Below are positions 47,124-58,318 of a stretch of 64,000 nucleotides of DNA, piece by piece. The position numbers were made by a program, and so were the translations under genes. The notes under the pieces are model-generated. The model was not told the origin of the DNA and made no database searches. It worked only from the letters and a program-made list of their open reading frames with translations. Origin of the DNA: Alphaproteobacteria bacterium (GTDB lineage Bacteria > Pseudomonadota > Alphaproteobacteria > Bin95); NCBI GenBank assembly GCA_963665325.3, contig OZ224045.1, forward strand, positions 2,080,001-2,144,000. Direction: 5' to 3'. Numbering within the stretch: position 1 is the stretch's first letter; the number at the start of each line of letters is the position of its first letter.

Positions 47124-48980
47124 TCAGGCCATGCCGACCAGCTGATAGACGGCGACCGGCGCGGCTCGGCCCTTGACCTCCATCTCTCCCACCGGTTCGA
47201 CCTCGAACAGCCCGTCGAGATCGGCCACCGTCGCGGCGCTGAGGATGATCGCGACCTCGGCACCGGGCGAGACGTCCTTACCGAGCTGCTCCAGCCGCTG
47301 CGCGATGTTCACGTCGTCGCCGATGACCGTGTAGTTCACGCGGCTCGGCGGGCCGATATTGCCTGCCGTCGCCTGCCCCGAATGGATGCCGAGGCGCACG
47401 CGGACGGGCGGCTCGCCCCGGCTTTCCCGCTCGCGGTTGTCGGCGGCGATTCCCTCGCGGATGGCGAGCGCCGCCCAGCAGGCGCGGATGGCGCGATTCT
47501 TCTGCTTCTCCGGCGCGCCCCAAAACGCCATCACGCTGTCGCCGATGAACTTGTCCACGGTGCCTTCCTCGGCCTCGATGGCGCTCGTCAGGATGCCAAA
47601 ATGGCGGTTGAGCAGGTCTGCGACCTCAGCCGCGCTCTTGCCTTCGGATATCGTTGAGTATCCGGCGATGTCGCTGAACATCACGGTGACATTGCGCCGG
47701 TCCGACGCCAGCGATGCGAGGTCGCCTTCGCGCATGAGTTGATGGACCAGCGAGCGCGGCACATAGGCCTGGAACCATCTGAGCGCGCCTGTCATCGAGT
47801 TGAAGGCGTTCGACTGCTCGTCCAGTTCCCGCACCCGGCTCGCCGGCAGCTCCCGGATATCGTCCAGGCGTAATTCGCCGATCAGGCGGGCGACGGAGGA
47901 AAGGCGCAGCACGGGCCGCGAGAGCCGCCGGCCGATGAACAGCGCCAGCAGGACGGAGAGAACAAGCGCGCCGACGCCGATCACGATGGAATTGACCAGG
48001 CGGTCGATCTCGTCGCTGACGATGTCGGTGTCGAAATAGGTCCCGACGATGAGCGGCGTCGCCGTGTAGGAGTCGAACTGCCGGTAGAGGAACACGTAGT
48101 GGGAGCCGTCCGCCTCGACCAGATGGCTCTTCGTTGGCGGGAGGGGCTTGATCGTCGTTGGCCGCATGGTCTCCCGGTCCCACATGCGGGCCAGGATGCG
48201 GTCCCCGAATCCCGACAGCGCGGGCAGCGGCTCTTTCAGGGAGAGGCCCGGATATCCGGGCGCCATCAACTTGTGGGCCAGCACCCGCTCCTTGCCGTAG
48301 AGCAGGAAAGTGTGGGGAACCCTGCCATCGGTACCGCCCGCCAGATATTCCGACAGGCTCTTGACGCCGAGCACGATCACCAGGATGCCGCGGAAGCTGT
48401 CCTCGCTGTAGATGGGCACCTGCAGAGACAGGAACGTCGAGTCGTAATCGGGCCGGTAAATGGGCGGCACCCAGATCGGCTTCCTGCTGGACTGGCCGTA
48501 TCGCAGCGCCGCTTCGGCTGCCAGGTCGCCCGAGAAGTCCAGCGTCGCCACCTTCGCCAGGGTTTCCGTTCTCTCGGTCAGGGACGCTTGCCCGTCGGCG
48601 CGGATATAGACGATGGCGTTGATGGCGGGGTCCGCCGCCATCGCGCCGAACAGGAGCCCGCCCACATGGTCGAGGTCGTCAGGATCGACCTCTCCGGCAT
48701 GCAGGGCGCGCGCCACGAAGTCCGCCTGGTTGGCGGCAGCCTGGAAATGGCTTTCCACTTGCCGCGCGAGAGTGCCGATGCCGAGGTCCGCCCTGTCCCG
48801 CAACAGGTCCATGGTGTTGCGGGTCGCGCTGTAGACGGCGAAGCCCAGCACCACGAGGATGGAAATCGAGATCAGCGAGCCGAAACTCAGGACCAGCAGC
48901 CAGGACAGCGAAAGCCTGCGGCGCGGCTGTCGCTGCCCGGCGACGGGCGTTCCCAGGACAGCGGATTGCGGCCGGTTCAT
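47124..48980 (-). CDS. Membrane adenylate/guanylate cyclase with HAMP domain
   Basis: Two TM segments; MFSDIAGYS, DKFIGDSVMAFWGAP, YTVIGDDVNIAQRLE. Confidence 0.93.
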   Translation of the reverse strand: MNRPQSAVLGTPVAGQRQPRRRLSLSWLLVLSFGSLISISILVVLGFAVYSATRNTMDLLRDRADLGIGTLARQVESHFQAAANQADFVARALHAGEVDPDDLDHVGGLLFGAMAADPAINAIVYIRADGQASLTERTETLAKVATLDFSGDLAAEAALRYGQSSRKPIWVPPIYRPDYDSTFLSLQVPIYSEDSFRGILVIVLGVKSLSEYLAGGTDGRVPHTFLLYGKERVLAHKLMAPGYPGLSLKEPLPALSGFGDRILARMWDRETMRPTTIKPLPPTKSHLVEADGSHYVFLYRQFDSYTATPLIVGTYFDTDIVSDEIDRLVNSIVIGVGALVLSVLLALFIGRRLSRPVLRLSSVARLIGELRLDDIRELPASRVRELDEQSNAFNSMTGALRWFQAYVPRSLVHQLMREGDLASLASDRRNVTVMFSDIAGYSTISEGKSAAEVADLLNRHFGILTSAIEAEEGTVDKFIGDSVMAFWGAPEKQKNRAIRACWAALAIREGIAADNRERESRGEPPVRVRLGIHSGQATAGNIGPPSRVNYTVIGDDVNIAQRLEQLGKDVSPGAEVAIILSAATVADLDGLFEVEPVGEMEVKGRAAPVAVYQLVGMA

Positions 48981-49007
48981 GATCCCTCCCCGGATTCCGC
49001 GCCGGCG

Positions 49008-50054
49008 TCACCAGGCTGTGGCATAGCCCTTGAAGGCGGTGGGCAGGCGGCGGATGTCCTGGATCAGGTCGGGCGGGATGTCCGGGCGCATGTCCATCGA
49101 GAGGCTGGCATAGATGGCGTCCGCCGCCCCGCCGAAGCGCTCTTCCACCGCGTCTGCAAGCTCGTCATGCCGGCCGACGGCCGCGAACAGGCGCAGCGTG
49201 TCGTCATCGACCTCGGCGGCGATCTTGTCCCAGGCGCCTTCCTTGGTCATGCGGTTGAGCTTGCGGCCAAGATCGCCGAGATCGTGCAGGTCCAGCACCG
49301 GCCAGTAGCCGGGCGTCGAGCCGTAGAAGGCGACCCGGTAGCGTATCCACTCGACCGCCTTCTCGACTTCCTCGTCGTCCGCGCCGGTGGCTATGAAGCC
49401 GCCGCCGGTGACCTCGAAACCCTCGCGCTTGCGCCCCGTCCGCGCCATGCCCTCGGCAATGCGCGGCAGGCAGACTTCCTCCAGGTAGCGCCTCGTGCAG
49501 AAGCCATGGAGCCGCACCCCGTCTGCGACCTCGCCCGAAAGGCGCAGCGAATAGTCGCCGACCGCCGCGAGGGTGACCGGCACCATGGGCTGGCCCGTCG
49601 ATGCCGGCGTGAAGTTCGGCGTCATCAGGGTGAAGGTGTAGTGCTCGCCCTCGAAGCGCAGCCGCTCGCCGGTCTCCCAGCTCCGCCAGATCGCCCGCAG
49701 CGCCTGCACATATTCGCGCAGCCGCGGCACCGGCGCTGTCCAGGGCACCGAGAAGCGCTTCTCGTTATGCGGTCGGATCTGCGGCCCGATGCCGAGCGCG
49801 AAGCGCCCCTTCGAGGCGGTCTGCAGGTCCCAGCAGGCGTTCGCCACCACCATCGGGCTGCGCGGGAAGGCGATGGCCACGGCTGTGCCGAGCGCGAGGC
49901 GCTCCGTCGCGGTGGCGGCGACGCCGAGCGCCAGGAACGGGTCGTGGCGGTTCTCCATGGTGAGCGCGCCGTCGAAGCCGGCGGCCTCGGCCGCGGCCGC
50001 GGCGGCGGGCACTTCGTTCAGGTCGTTCTGCGGCAGGGTCGTCAGTATGCGCAT
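49008..50054 (-). CDS. LLM-class (probably F420-dependent) oxidoreductase
   Basis: HDPFL, AIAFPRSPM, GRFALGIG.Q, VAFYGSTP.Y. Confidence 0.88.
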   Translation of the reverse strand: MRILTTLPQNDLNEVPAAAAAAEAAGFDGALTMENRHDPFLALGVAATATERLALGTAVAIAFPRSPMVVANACWDLQTASKGRFALGIGPQIRPHNEKRFSVPWTAPVPRLREYVQALRAIWRSWETGERLRFEGEHYTFTLMTPNFTPASTGQPMVPVTLAAVGDYSLRLSGEVADGVRLHGFCTRRYLEEVCLPRIAEGMARTGRKREGFEVTGGGFIATGADDEEVEKAVEWIRYRVAFYGSTPGYWPVLDLHDLGDLGRKLNRMTKEGAWDKIAAEVDDDTLRLFAAVGRHDELADAVEERFGGAADAIYASLSMDMRPDIPPDLIQDIRRLPTAFKGYATAW

Positions 50055-50082
50055 CGTCGGTCGGGCCTTCCCGGTGGAGGTG

Positions 50083-50853
50083 TCAGGAGCCGGCGGTCAT
50101 GCCGTGGTCGATGACGAGCTCGGAACCCGTCATGTAGGAGGAGTTGTCGGAGAGCAGGAACACGATGCCGTCCGCGATATTCCCCGGGCCGCCGGGCTGT
50201 CCGCCCGGCACCCGGCCCGAGGCGCGCTGCACGGGGTCGGTGGAGGCGGTCGGGTCGTTGAAGGGCGAGGGGCCGCTCTCCGCCATCCGGTCCCAGATCG
50301 GCGTGTCGATAATGCCGGGATGGACCGAGTTCACGCGCACGTTCCAGCCGCGCCGGGCGCTCTCCAGCGCGGCCGACTTGGTGAACAGGCAGACCGCGCC
50401 CTTGGTCGCGCTGTAGCAGGAAAGGCCGACAGAGTTGCCGCGCAGCCCGGCGACCGAGGAGAGGTTGACGATCGAGCCGCCGCCCGAATCGCGGATGACC
50501 GGCAGGATGTGCTTCACGCCGAGGAACACGCCCTCGACATTGACCGCCTGCTGCTTGCGCCAGTCTTCGAGGCTGGTTTCCAGCAGCGGGCGCACGATGG
50601 CGATGCCGGCATTGTTGACCAGCCCGTGCAGCGGCCCGGCGGCCTCGGCCACTTCCTGCCAGCGCGCCTCGTCGGTCACGTCCTGGCGCATGAAGCGACC
50701 GCCGGTCCGCTCGGCGGTCTCGCGCCCGCCGGCCTCGTCGATGTCGGTCGCAAGCACCGAAGCGCCCGCCGCCGCCGCCGCCAGCGCCGTCGCCCGGCCG
50801 ATGCCGGAGCCGGCGCCCGTAATCAGAATCGTCCTGCCGTCGAGCACGCCCAT
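50083..50853 (-). CDS. SDR-family oxidoreductase
   Basis: TGAGSGIG, NNAG, YSATK, VNSVHPG. Confidence 0.93.
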   Translation of the reverse strand: MGVLDGRTILITGAGSGIGRATALAAAAAGASVLATDIDEAGGRETAERTGGRFMRQDVTDEARWQEVAEAAGPLHGLVNNAGIAIVRPLLETSLEDWRKQQAVNVEGVFLGVKHILPVIRDSGGGSIVNLSSVAGLRGNSVGLSCYSATKGAVCLFTKSAALESARRGWNVRVNSVHPGIIDTPIWDRMAESGPSPFNDPTASTDPVQRASGRVPGGQPGGPGNIADGIVFLLSDNSSYMTGSELVIDHGMTAGS

Positions 50854-51080
50854 GGCTCTCCCTCCCATTCTGTCGCCGGCATTATGGCAGCAATCGAATG
50901 GGTTGGGGGGAAGCCCGGCCAACGGCCGCATATCGTTGCGACCTGCATCCGGCGCGCCCGCGAATCCGTTTGCCCTCGGCGAAGGCGGGGATCGCCTTCC
51001 GCGCCCATGTCGTCAAGCCGCCATATATACTCCCTTCGTGACGGGTAATACCGGCGGTGCCGGGTTGGGACTCATGGGTC

Positions 51081-51224
51081 GGCGCCGCCGCGCCGAACGC
51101 GGCGAACATTTCGGATGGCGGCGTTGGCGCCGCCGCGCCGAACGCGGCGATTGTTACGAATGGCGGCGTTGGTGCCGCCGCGCCGAACGCGGCGAACATT
51201 TCGGATGGCGGCGTTAGCGCCGCC
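51081..51224. repeat. 45-bp tandem repeat x3.2
   Basis: Unit GGCGCCGCCGCGCCGAACGCGGCGAACATTTCGGATGGCGGCGTT; the middle copy varies. Confidence 0.9.
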
Positions 51225-51494
51225 CCGCTCGGCGTCCCGGCCCTCTCCTCATCCTGAGTAGCGCCCGCGCCAGCGGGTGCGTATCGAAGGACCGTCCCGC
51301 CGGCGGAAACGCCCTGACAGTTCTTCTTCGACTGCCTCGCCGGCCAAGAGGTCAATCATCGTGTCGAGCTTACCGAGTGCGATGCGAATACGTTGCCCGT
51401 CCCTCTCGGCGCGATCCACGATTGATCGTGCCCTCTCCAGAGTAGCCCGAGCCCCGCCGCGGGCCTCGCCGGACCGCGAGCGCCCGTCCGCCCG

Positions 51495-51600
51495 CGTCGC
51501 ATATGCCAGAGTAGTTTCCCGATCATCGGGAGACTTTCGCCGAGAGCCAAGGTGCGGGAAGCAAAGCTGGGAGGAAGATCGTCCAGCTGGAAGCGATCGG
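51495..51600 (-). pseudogene. Degenerate tyrosine-recombinase C-terminal fragment
   Basis: LDDLPPSFASRTLALGESLPMIGKLLWH, a decayed HDLRHSFAS..IGKLLGH. Confidence 0.7.
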
Positions 51601-51788
51601 CGCAGGGAAGCCCGCAATGCAGACCGGAAGTGTCGGAGGGCCTGCCGGATACGTTCGCATCATGCATTTTCTCTCAATCGGCATTTTCATTGTCGGGCTT
51701 TCGCTGTTAGTGCGGAAAGCAAGTGGCGGAGAGCGCCGGGCGATGGGGTGTCCTCCGGGCCGCCAAGGCGCCTGTTGAGGAGGTGCCC

Positions 51789-52481
51789 ATGCATATCGGA
51801 CTGATCGGCGGCATCGGACCTGCCGCGACGGCGCATTACTACCGCCATCTTGTGCAGCATCACGAGGCGGCGGGCCGGCGCATGGAACTTACCATCGTCC
51901 ATGCCGACGCGCACGGCTTGGCGGCCAATGCAGAGGCGGGCGATGCCCAGGCGCAGGCGGCAGTCTTTGTCGGGCTCACCGAACGTCTCAAGGCAGCCGG
52001 CGCCGGGGCGGTGGCGATCTCCTCCATCGGCGGGCATTACTGCTTCTGCGCCTTCGAGCCGATCTCGCCCTTGCCGGCGCTCAATGTCGTGCCGGCAATC
52101 GCCGCCGGCCTGAGCGAACGCGGCATCGGGAAGATCGGCCTGATCGGCACGGCAGTGGCGATGACCAGCGGTATTTACGGCGGCCTTGCCGGGGTCGAAA
52201 CGGCAATCCCGGAAGGCGACGATCTAAAGGCCGTCCACGACGCCTATATCGCGCTTGCCAGGGCCGGCGCCGTCACCGAAGCGGGGCGCAATATCCTTTT
52301 CCGCATAGGCCGCGATCTGGTCGAACGACAGGGCGCGGAAGCGGTGCTGCTCGCCGGCACCGACCTGTTCCTCGCCTTCGAGGATCGCGACCCGGGCTAT
52401 CCGGTCATCGACGGCGCGCTGCTACATGTTGGGGCGATCGCCCGTGCCTCAACGGACGGGCTGGCGGCCTATGCGGCGTAG
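51789..52481 (+). CDS. Aspartate/glutamate racemase family protein
   Basis: IGLIGGIGPAAT..YY, GAEAVLLAGTDL. Confidence 0.88.
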   Translation: MHIGLIGGIGPAATAHYYRHLVQHHEAAGRRMELTIVHADAHGLAANAEAGDAQAQAAVFVGLTERLKAAGAGAVAISSIGGHYCFCAFEPISPLPALNVVPAIAAGLSERGIGKIGLIGTAVAMTSGIYGGLAGVETAIPEGDDLKAVHDAYIALARAGAVTEAGRNILFRIGRDLVERQGAEAVLLAGTDLFLAFEDRDPGYPVIDGALLHVGAIARASTDGLAAYAA

Positions 52482-52689
52482 AAGAACCCGCTATACAAAC
52501 GGCAACAGCACCGTCGGGCCGCCTCTAAGCCCGCGTCGGCCAGCACGCGTGCCAGGGCGACGAACGCGATTGCGGCCTGGGTGGTCATGTCGTCTCCCAC
52601 CACCTGTCCGTTTTCGTTCAGCGACATCTGGCCGCCGACAAACACGAGGCCGCCTGCCCGAACGGCCTGTGTCTTTCCGGGAGAGGTCC

Positions 52690-52806
52690 CTCCGCGATGA
52701 GCGCTTGCTCGTCACGGCAAGACAGGTCTTGGCGCTCAACGACCAAGCCGTCGAAGCCCTGGCCCATCGAAACCTGTCCGGGGAGGTTGCGATCGGAGCA
52801 ATCTAG
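52690..52806 (+). pseudogene. LysR-regulator fragment
   Basis: ERLLVTARQVLALNDQAVEAL..LSGEVAIG, the LysR linker helix, followed by a stop. Confidence 0.55.
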
Positions 52807-53190
52807 GATAAAGCCTTGAAGAAGCTGTTTGTTCGAATTCAATTGGAAATTATTCTCGAAACAGCTTGACCTTCAGGAAATTATGCTAAGATGGGTGCGA
52901 GGTAGGCGGCGTCCGCGCGGACCACTTCCCTTCGCGCCGGCCCGGCGCGGAACGACCCCGATTCAGCAGACAGGCGAAGTGCGTCCTCCGGCTCGCGCGC
53001 GCAATCAGGCGCGCGAACCGCGCCGGCGCCGACACCCGCCCGCGCCCGCCCGCGATACGCGCGAAACAGGGTCGCTCCCCGTCGGGGCGACCTGTCTGTC
53101 CGTCAACGCCGTCCTCCCGGCCCGGCGCGGTCCTGCACCGCAGCCGGGCTTCCGGTATCGAACGCCAGCGGAACGAAGGAGCCGCACCCC

Positions 53191-54171
53191 ATGCCCATCA
53201 TCGACCCGGCCGTCGCGCTGTCCACACGCCAGGAGGCCTTCTGCCGCCACTATGCCGTCTCCGGCAATGCCGCAGACGCCGCAAGGCAAGCCGGCTACTC
53301 GGCGCGCTCCGCACGCCAGACCGGCTGCGCCCTGCTGGAGCGACCCTACATTGTGGAGCGGCTGCGTCGCATCCGCCTGTCGTGGAAGCGCACCGAGCGG
53401 GACGAGGCCCGCATCCTGCTTGCCCGGCTGGAGCAGGCTTGGGACGCGGCCGTCGCCAGCGGCTCGGCCTACTCGATGCTCCGGGTATTGCGCTTCCAGG
53501 CCGAGGTCGCGGGGCTTACGGGGCCGACGGCCGCGCGCCGTGCGGGGCTCTGGCCGCTGCCGCACGAGGACGAGCTCGGCGAGATCGAAGCGGGCGAGGC
53601 GCAGGAGGCCGGAACCGAACCCGGCCCCTTGGCCGAGGCCGTGCGCAGCGGCCTCGACCGCGCCCGATGCGCGCTCGCGCGGCACCGTGCCTGCCGGGAG
53701 GAGATGGAGGTGCAGGAGGGCTTCGACGGGGCCGCGCACGAGGAGGTTGCCCGCAGGCTCGCCGGGGCCGTCGAGGAGCGGACGCGACTGCCCGTCTGCT
53801 TCGAGGCCCCCGAACCGGCTTCGCCCGAAGACCGGCCCCCCGCCGACGACCCGCCCGAGCAGACCTACGAGGACTGCCCGTGGGCAGGCGGCGAAGGGTC
53901 CGGCGACGAGGACAGGATCGACGGTGACCGGGCCGACGGCGCCGAACATGACTGGCTCTACCAGCGCCGCAACGGCTACGCCGGAATCTACGACCCCTGG
54001 GCCCCGGAGGAGGTCCGGCAGCGAACGCGGAACCGCCTCGAACGGGAAGAGCGGGGCGGCGGCGAAGACGGTGACTGGAGTGGACCGGCGACGAAAAAGA
54101 AAAAGAAGAAGAGGGGAAGGAAGACCGTGCCCGAGGGCGCCGGTTTCGCGCCGGACCATGACAGATCATGA
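53191..54171 (+). CDS. Terminase-small-subunit-like protein with long low-complexity tail
   Basis: LSTRQEAFCRHY..GNAADAARQAGYS..A...LL..P. Confidence 0.7.
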   Translation: MPIIDPAVALSTRQEAFCRHYAVSGNAADAARQAGYSARSARQTGCALLERPYIVERLRRIRLSWKRTERDEARILLARLEQAWDAAVASGSAYSMLRVLRFQAEVAGLTGPTAARRAGLWPLPHEDELGEIEAGEAQEAGTEPGPLAEAVRSGLDRARCALARHRACREEMEVQEGFDGAAHEEVARRLAGAVEERTRLPVCFEAPEPASPEDRPPADDPPEQTYEDCPWAGGEGSGDEDRIDGDRADGAEHDWLYQRRNGYAGIYDPWAPEEVRQRTRNRLEREERGGGEDGDWSGPATKKKKKKRGRKTVPEGAGFAPDHDRS

Positions 54172-54285
54172 CATTCCACGACACTTCCCAAGGGGGGCCG
54201 AAAGCGGCGTTCGGCTCATCGACAACGCGCCGAAGGAAATGTAGGCTCCGCCGTCCGAAATTCGTTCGTGGAGGCTCACCCGCCC

Positions 54286-54912
54286 ATGCCGTCCCGCATC
54301 GTTCTCGCCGGCCTGCCGTTCGTTCTTGCCGCCGCGCCCGCCTTCGCCCACCACCCGATTGGCGGTGCGGTGCCCGCGACTTTCATGCAGGGGCTGCTGT
54401 CGGGCATCGGGCATCCGGTGATCGGGCTGGATCATTTCGCCTTCCTGGTGGCGCTGGGGCTGGCGGCGGCCTTCATGCGCAATGTCTGGGCGCCGCCGCT
54501 GGCGGCCGTCGCCGGCATGGCGGCCGGCTGCCTGCTCGCGGTCGGTTCTGTAGCCCCGCCGATGGTGGAGCCCGTCGTGGCGCTGTCCGTGCTGCTGCTC
54601 GGCGGCATGGTGCTGTTGGGGCGCAGTTTGTCCGCGCCGGCGGCAGCGGCCCTGTTTGCCGCCGCCGGACTCTTTCACGGCGCGGCCTATGGCAAAGCTG
54701 TGATCGGCGCGGAGGCAACGCCGATCGCCGCTTATCTCATCGGTCTCGCGGCGGTGCAGATGGCAATTGCGCTCGGCGCCGCCGCGGCGGTCCGGGGCAT
54801 CTGGAAGTCGGGCTCGGCCGCGGCGATTCAGCCGCGCCTCGCCGGCGCCGTCTGCGCCGGCATCGGCCTGGTCTTCGCTGTCGAGTTACTGGAAGGCGCG
54901 CTGCTCGGCTGA
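54286..54912 (+). CDS. HupE/UreJ-family metal transporter
   Basis: AFAHH, GHPVIGLDH, GLFHGAAYG. Confidence 0.9.
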   Translation: MPSRIVLAGLPFVLAAAPAFAHHPIGGAVPATFMQGLLSGIGHPVIGLDHFAFLVALGLAAAFMRNVWAPPLAAVAGMAAGCLLAVGSVAPPMVEPVVALSVLLLGGMVLLGRSLSAPAAAALFAAAGLFHGAAYGKAVIGAEATPIAAYLIGLAAVQMAIALGAAAAVRGIWKSGSAAAIQPRLAGAVCAGIGLVFAVELLEGALLG

Positions 54913-54931
54913 GCGCGCCGGCCCGCTGCAT

Positions 54932-55387
54932 CTACCGGCGTTTGCGCTTCGGCATCGTCTCGGCAAGCGGTGCCACGCGGATATCGACGGTTACCGGAGC
55001 GGCCTTCTCGAAAACGAGCGTGAGCGCGAAGCTGTCGCCCGTCTTTAGACCTGTTTTCATGCCGAAGAGCATGAGGTGGTCGCCGCCGGGCTCAAGCGCC
55101 GCCTCGCCGCCCGCGGGTACGGCGAGGCTCTCCACCTTGCGCATCATCATCACGCCGTCCTTGTGGATGTGCGTGTGAATCTCGACGCGCTCAGCTGCCG
55201 GGCTCTCGGCGCCGACCAGCCGGTCGTCACCGCCGGAATTGCGGATAGTCAGCCAGGCTGCCCCCGGACGGGACGGCAAGAGGACACGCGCGCGGGCGTC
55301 TTCCACGGTCAACGCGCCGCCGGCCGAGGCCGGAGTGGCGGTCGAAAGGAACGCAGCGAATGCAGCCCCGAGAGCAAGGCGGAGCAT
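54932..55387 (-). CDS. Periplasmic copper chaperone PCu(A)C
   Basis: EIHTH..GVMMMR..LEPGGDHLML. Confidence 0.92.
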   Translation of the reverse strand: MLRLALGAAFAAFLSTATPASAGGALTVEDARARVLLPSRPGAAWLTIRNSGGDDRLVGAESPAAERVEIHTHIHKDGVMMMRKVESLAVPAGGEAALEPGGDHLMLFGMKTGLKTGDSFALTLVFEKAAPVTVDIRVAPLAETMPKRKRR

Positions 55388-56570
55388 CAGGCGGCGGTCA
55401 ACACCCTGAGACCCCGGTCGAGGCCGTCTATGGAGAGCGGGAACATCCGATTTGCCATGACCTCCTTGACGATCATGGTCGAGGGTGTGTGCTCCCAGCG
55501 GGTATCGGGCCGCGGATTGAGCCAGATGGCGTTCGGCCACTGGTCAAGCATGCGCTGTGCCCAGAGCAGGCCGGGCTCCTCGTTCCAGTGCTCCACGGAG
55601 CCGCCCTTGTAGGTGATTTCGTAGGGGCTCATGAAGGCGTCGCCGACGAAGATCACCTTGTAGTCCTTGGGATAGGTGTTGATGACATCCCATGTCGGCG
55701 TCCGCTGTTCGTGGCGTCGACGGTTGTCCCGCCACATGTATTCATAAGTGAAGTTGTGGAAATAGTAGTATTCGAGATGCTTGAACTCGGTTCGTGCGGC
55801 CGAGAACAACTCTTCGCAAACACGAATATGGTCGTCCATCGAGCCGCCGACATCGAAGAACATCAGCACCTTGACGCGGTTGCGGCGTTCCGGGCGCATG
55901 ACGATATCCAGCAGCCCGCCATTGTGCGCCGTGCCGCGGATCGTCTCGTCGAGGTCGAGTTCGTCGTCCTCGCCGACCCGCGCAAACTCCCGCAGCCGCC
56001 GCAGTGCGAGTTGGATATTGCGAATGCCGATCTGCACGGCGTCGTCGTAATTCTTGTAGTCGCGCCGGTCCCATACCTTGAGCGCACGGCCCTGCCGGCG
56101 GCGGCGCTGGCCGATGGCGACGCCTTCCGGATTGTAGCCGCCGGTGCCGAACGGCGAGGTGCCGGCAGTGCCGATCCAGCGGTTGCCGCCCTGGTGGCGT
56201 TCTTTTTGCTCCTCCAGCCGCTTGCGAAGCTCCTCCATGAGCTTCTCCCAGCCGCCCATGGCTTCTATGGCCGCCTTGTCCTCCTCGCTGAACAGCTTTT
56301 CCGCCTGAAGCAACAGCCATTCCTCGGGGATATCGCCGCCGAACAACGTCGCCGTTATGTCCTCGACGCCCTTGAAGAACGTCCCGAAAACGCGGTCGTA
56401 GCGGTCGAAATACTTCTCATCCTTCACCAGCGCCGCACGGGACAGATAGTAGAAATCGTCGATGTTGTACATCACGAGACGCTTGTCCATCGCCTCGATC
56501 AGCATCAGGAATTCGCGGATCGTTGCCGGTATCTTCGCCTTCTTTACGTCGAAAAAGAAGTTGATGAGCA

Positions 56571-56571
<1 letters not shown>
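55387..56571 (-). CDS. vWA-domain (CoxE-like) protein
   Basis: FDVGGSMDDH, FVGDAFMSPYE, WLNP; coupled to MoxR. Confidence 0.9.
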
Positions 56572-57425
<854 letters not shown>

Positions 57426-57605
57426 GGGGCGCCTGTTTCCTTCGTCGCTTCGCTCGCGCGGGTCGAGCGGACCCTAAAGGCGGGCCGGACCGTAATCAAG
57501 GCGCGGCGCGGTGACGCGGCAGGCCGCGCTGCGGGTCTCCGCGGCGTTGAACCGAGTGTCACAGTTCGCTAGAAGCGGCCCGGAGAAAGAGAGGAGACTA
57601 GGGCC

Positions 57606-57797
57606 GTGTGGGACAACGGGGTCGGAAAATATCTTTACGGGATGACAATGATCCTCTGCGCGGCGGGCTTCCTGTTCGTGGCAAGCCGGATGCACGGCGC
57701 GATGGAGTGGATCGCCTGGGCCGGTTTCCTCGGATGCACGGTCTTCGTCTTCTGGCTGATCGCGCACTACACCCGCGAGCCGGGCGGCGGGCACTGA
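57606..57797 (+). CDS. Small two-TM membrane protein
   Basis: GAGGAG RBS; two hydrophobic segments. Confidence 0.6.
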   Translation: MWDNGVGKYLYGMTMILCAAGFLFVASRMHGAMEWIAWAGFLGCTVFVFWLIAHYTREPGGGH

Positions 57798-57831
57798 GGC
57801 GCTAGCGGCGCCGCGTCCGGCGGCCGCACGT

Positions 57832-58245
57832 TCAGGGCGACTTGCGGACACCGCCGCGCGGGTCGCCCAGGCTGTCGATGATCGGGCAGTCCGGCCGGTC
57901 GTCGCCCCGGCACGCATCGACGAGGTGGGCGAGTTCATCGTGCAGCGACTGGAGTTCGCGCTGTTTCTTCGCGATTTGCTCCAGGCGCGCCGTTGCAATG
58001 CGCTTCACGTCTGCGCTTGAACGCCGGCGATCTTCATAGAGGCCCAGCAACTCCCGGCATTCCGAGATCGAGAATCCGAACTCCCGCGCCCGGCGCACGA
58101 ATACCAGCTTGCGCACCGAAGCGTCGTCATAGCTCCGGTAGCCGGATTCCGACCGTGCAGGGGCCGGCACCAGCCCGATGTCGGCGTAGTAGCGCACCGT
58201 CTTCGCGGGCAGTCCTGCAGCCTTCGAGGCAGTGGAGATATTCAT
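57832..58245 (-). CDS. cueR: Cu(I)-responsive MerR-family regulator
   Basis: TVRYY..IGL..R..SGYRSY; C-terminal CRGDDRPDCPII. Confidence 0.93.
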   Translation of the reverse strand: MNISTASKAAGLPAKTVRYYADIGLVPAPARSESGYRSYDDASVRKLVFVRRAREFGFSISECRELLGLYEDRRRSSADVKRIATARLEQIAKKQRELQSLHDELAHLVDACRGDDRPDCPIIDSLGDPRGGVRKSP

Positions 58246-58257
58246 GGGCTCAGGCGC

Positions 58258-58288
58258 TTGACCTTCCAGCTGCTGGAAAGACTAGATT
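58258..58288 (+). promoter_or_regulatory. CueR-type promoter/operator
   Basis: TTGACC-N19-TAGATT containing the dyad CTTCCAGC-T-GCTGGAAAG. Confidence 0.85.
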
Positions 58289-58318
58289 TCCAGTAGAACC
58301 CGTGCAAGAGCCATCGCC

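Noticed and set aside
51081-51224. CRISPR array
   Set aside because: Contiguous tandem units; the first and third variable parts are identical, so there are no unique spacers
54172-54285. Cobalamin riboswitch upstream of hupE (also looked upstream of nrdJ)
   Set aside because: No B12-box or other conserved motifs recognised by eye; a covariance search would be needed
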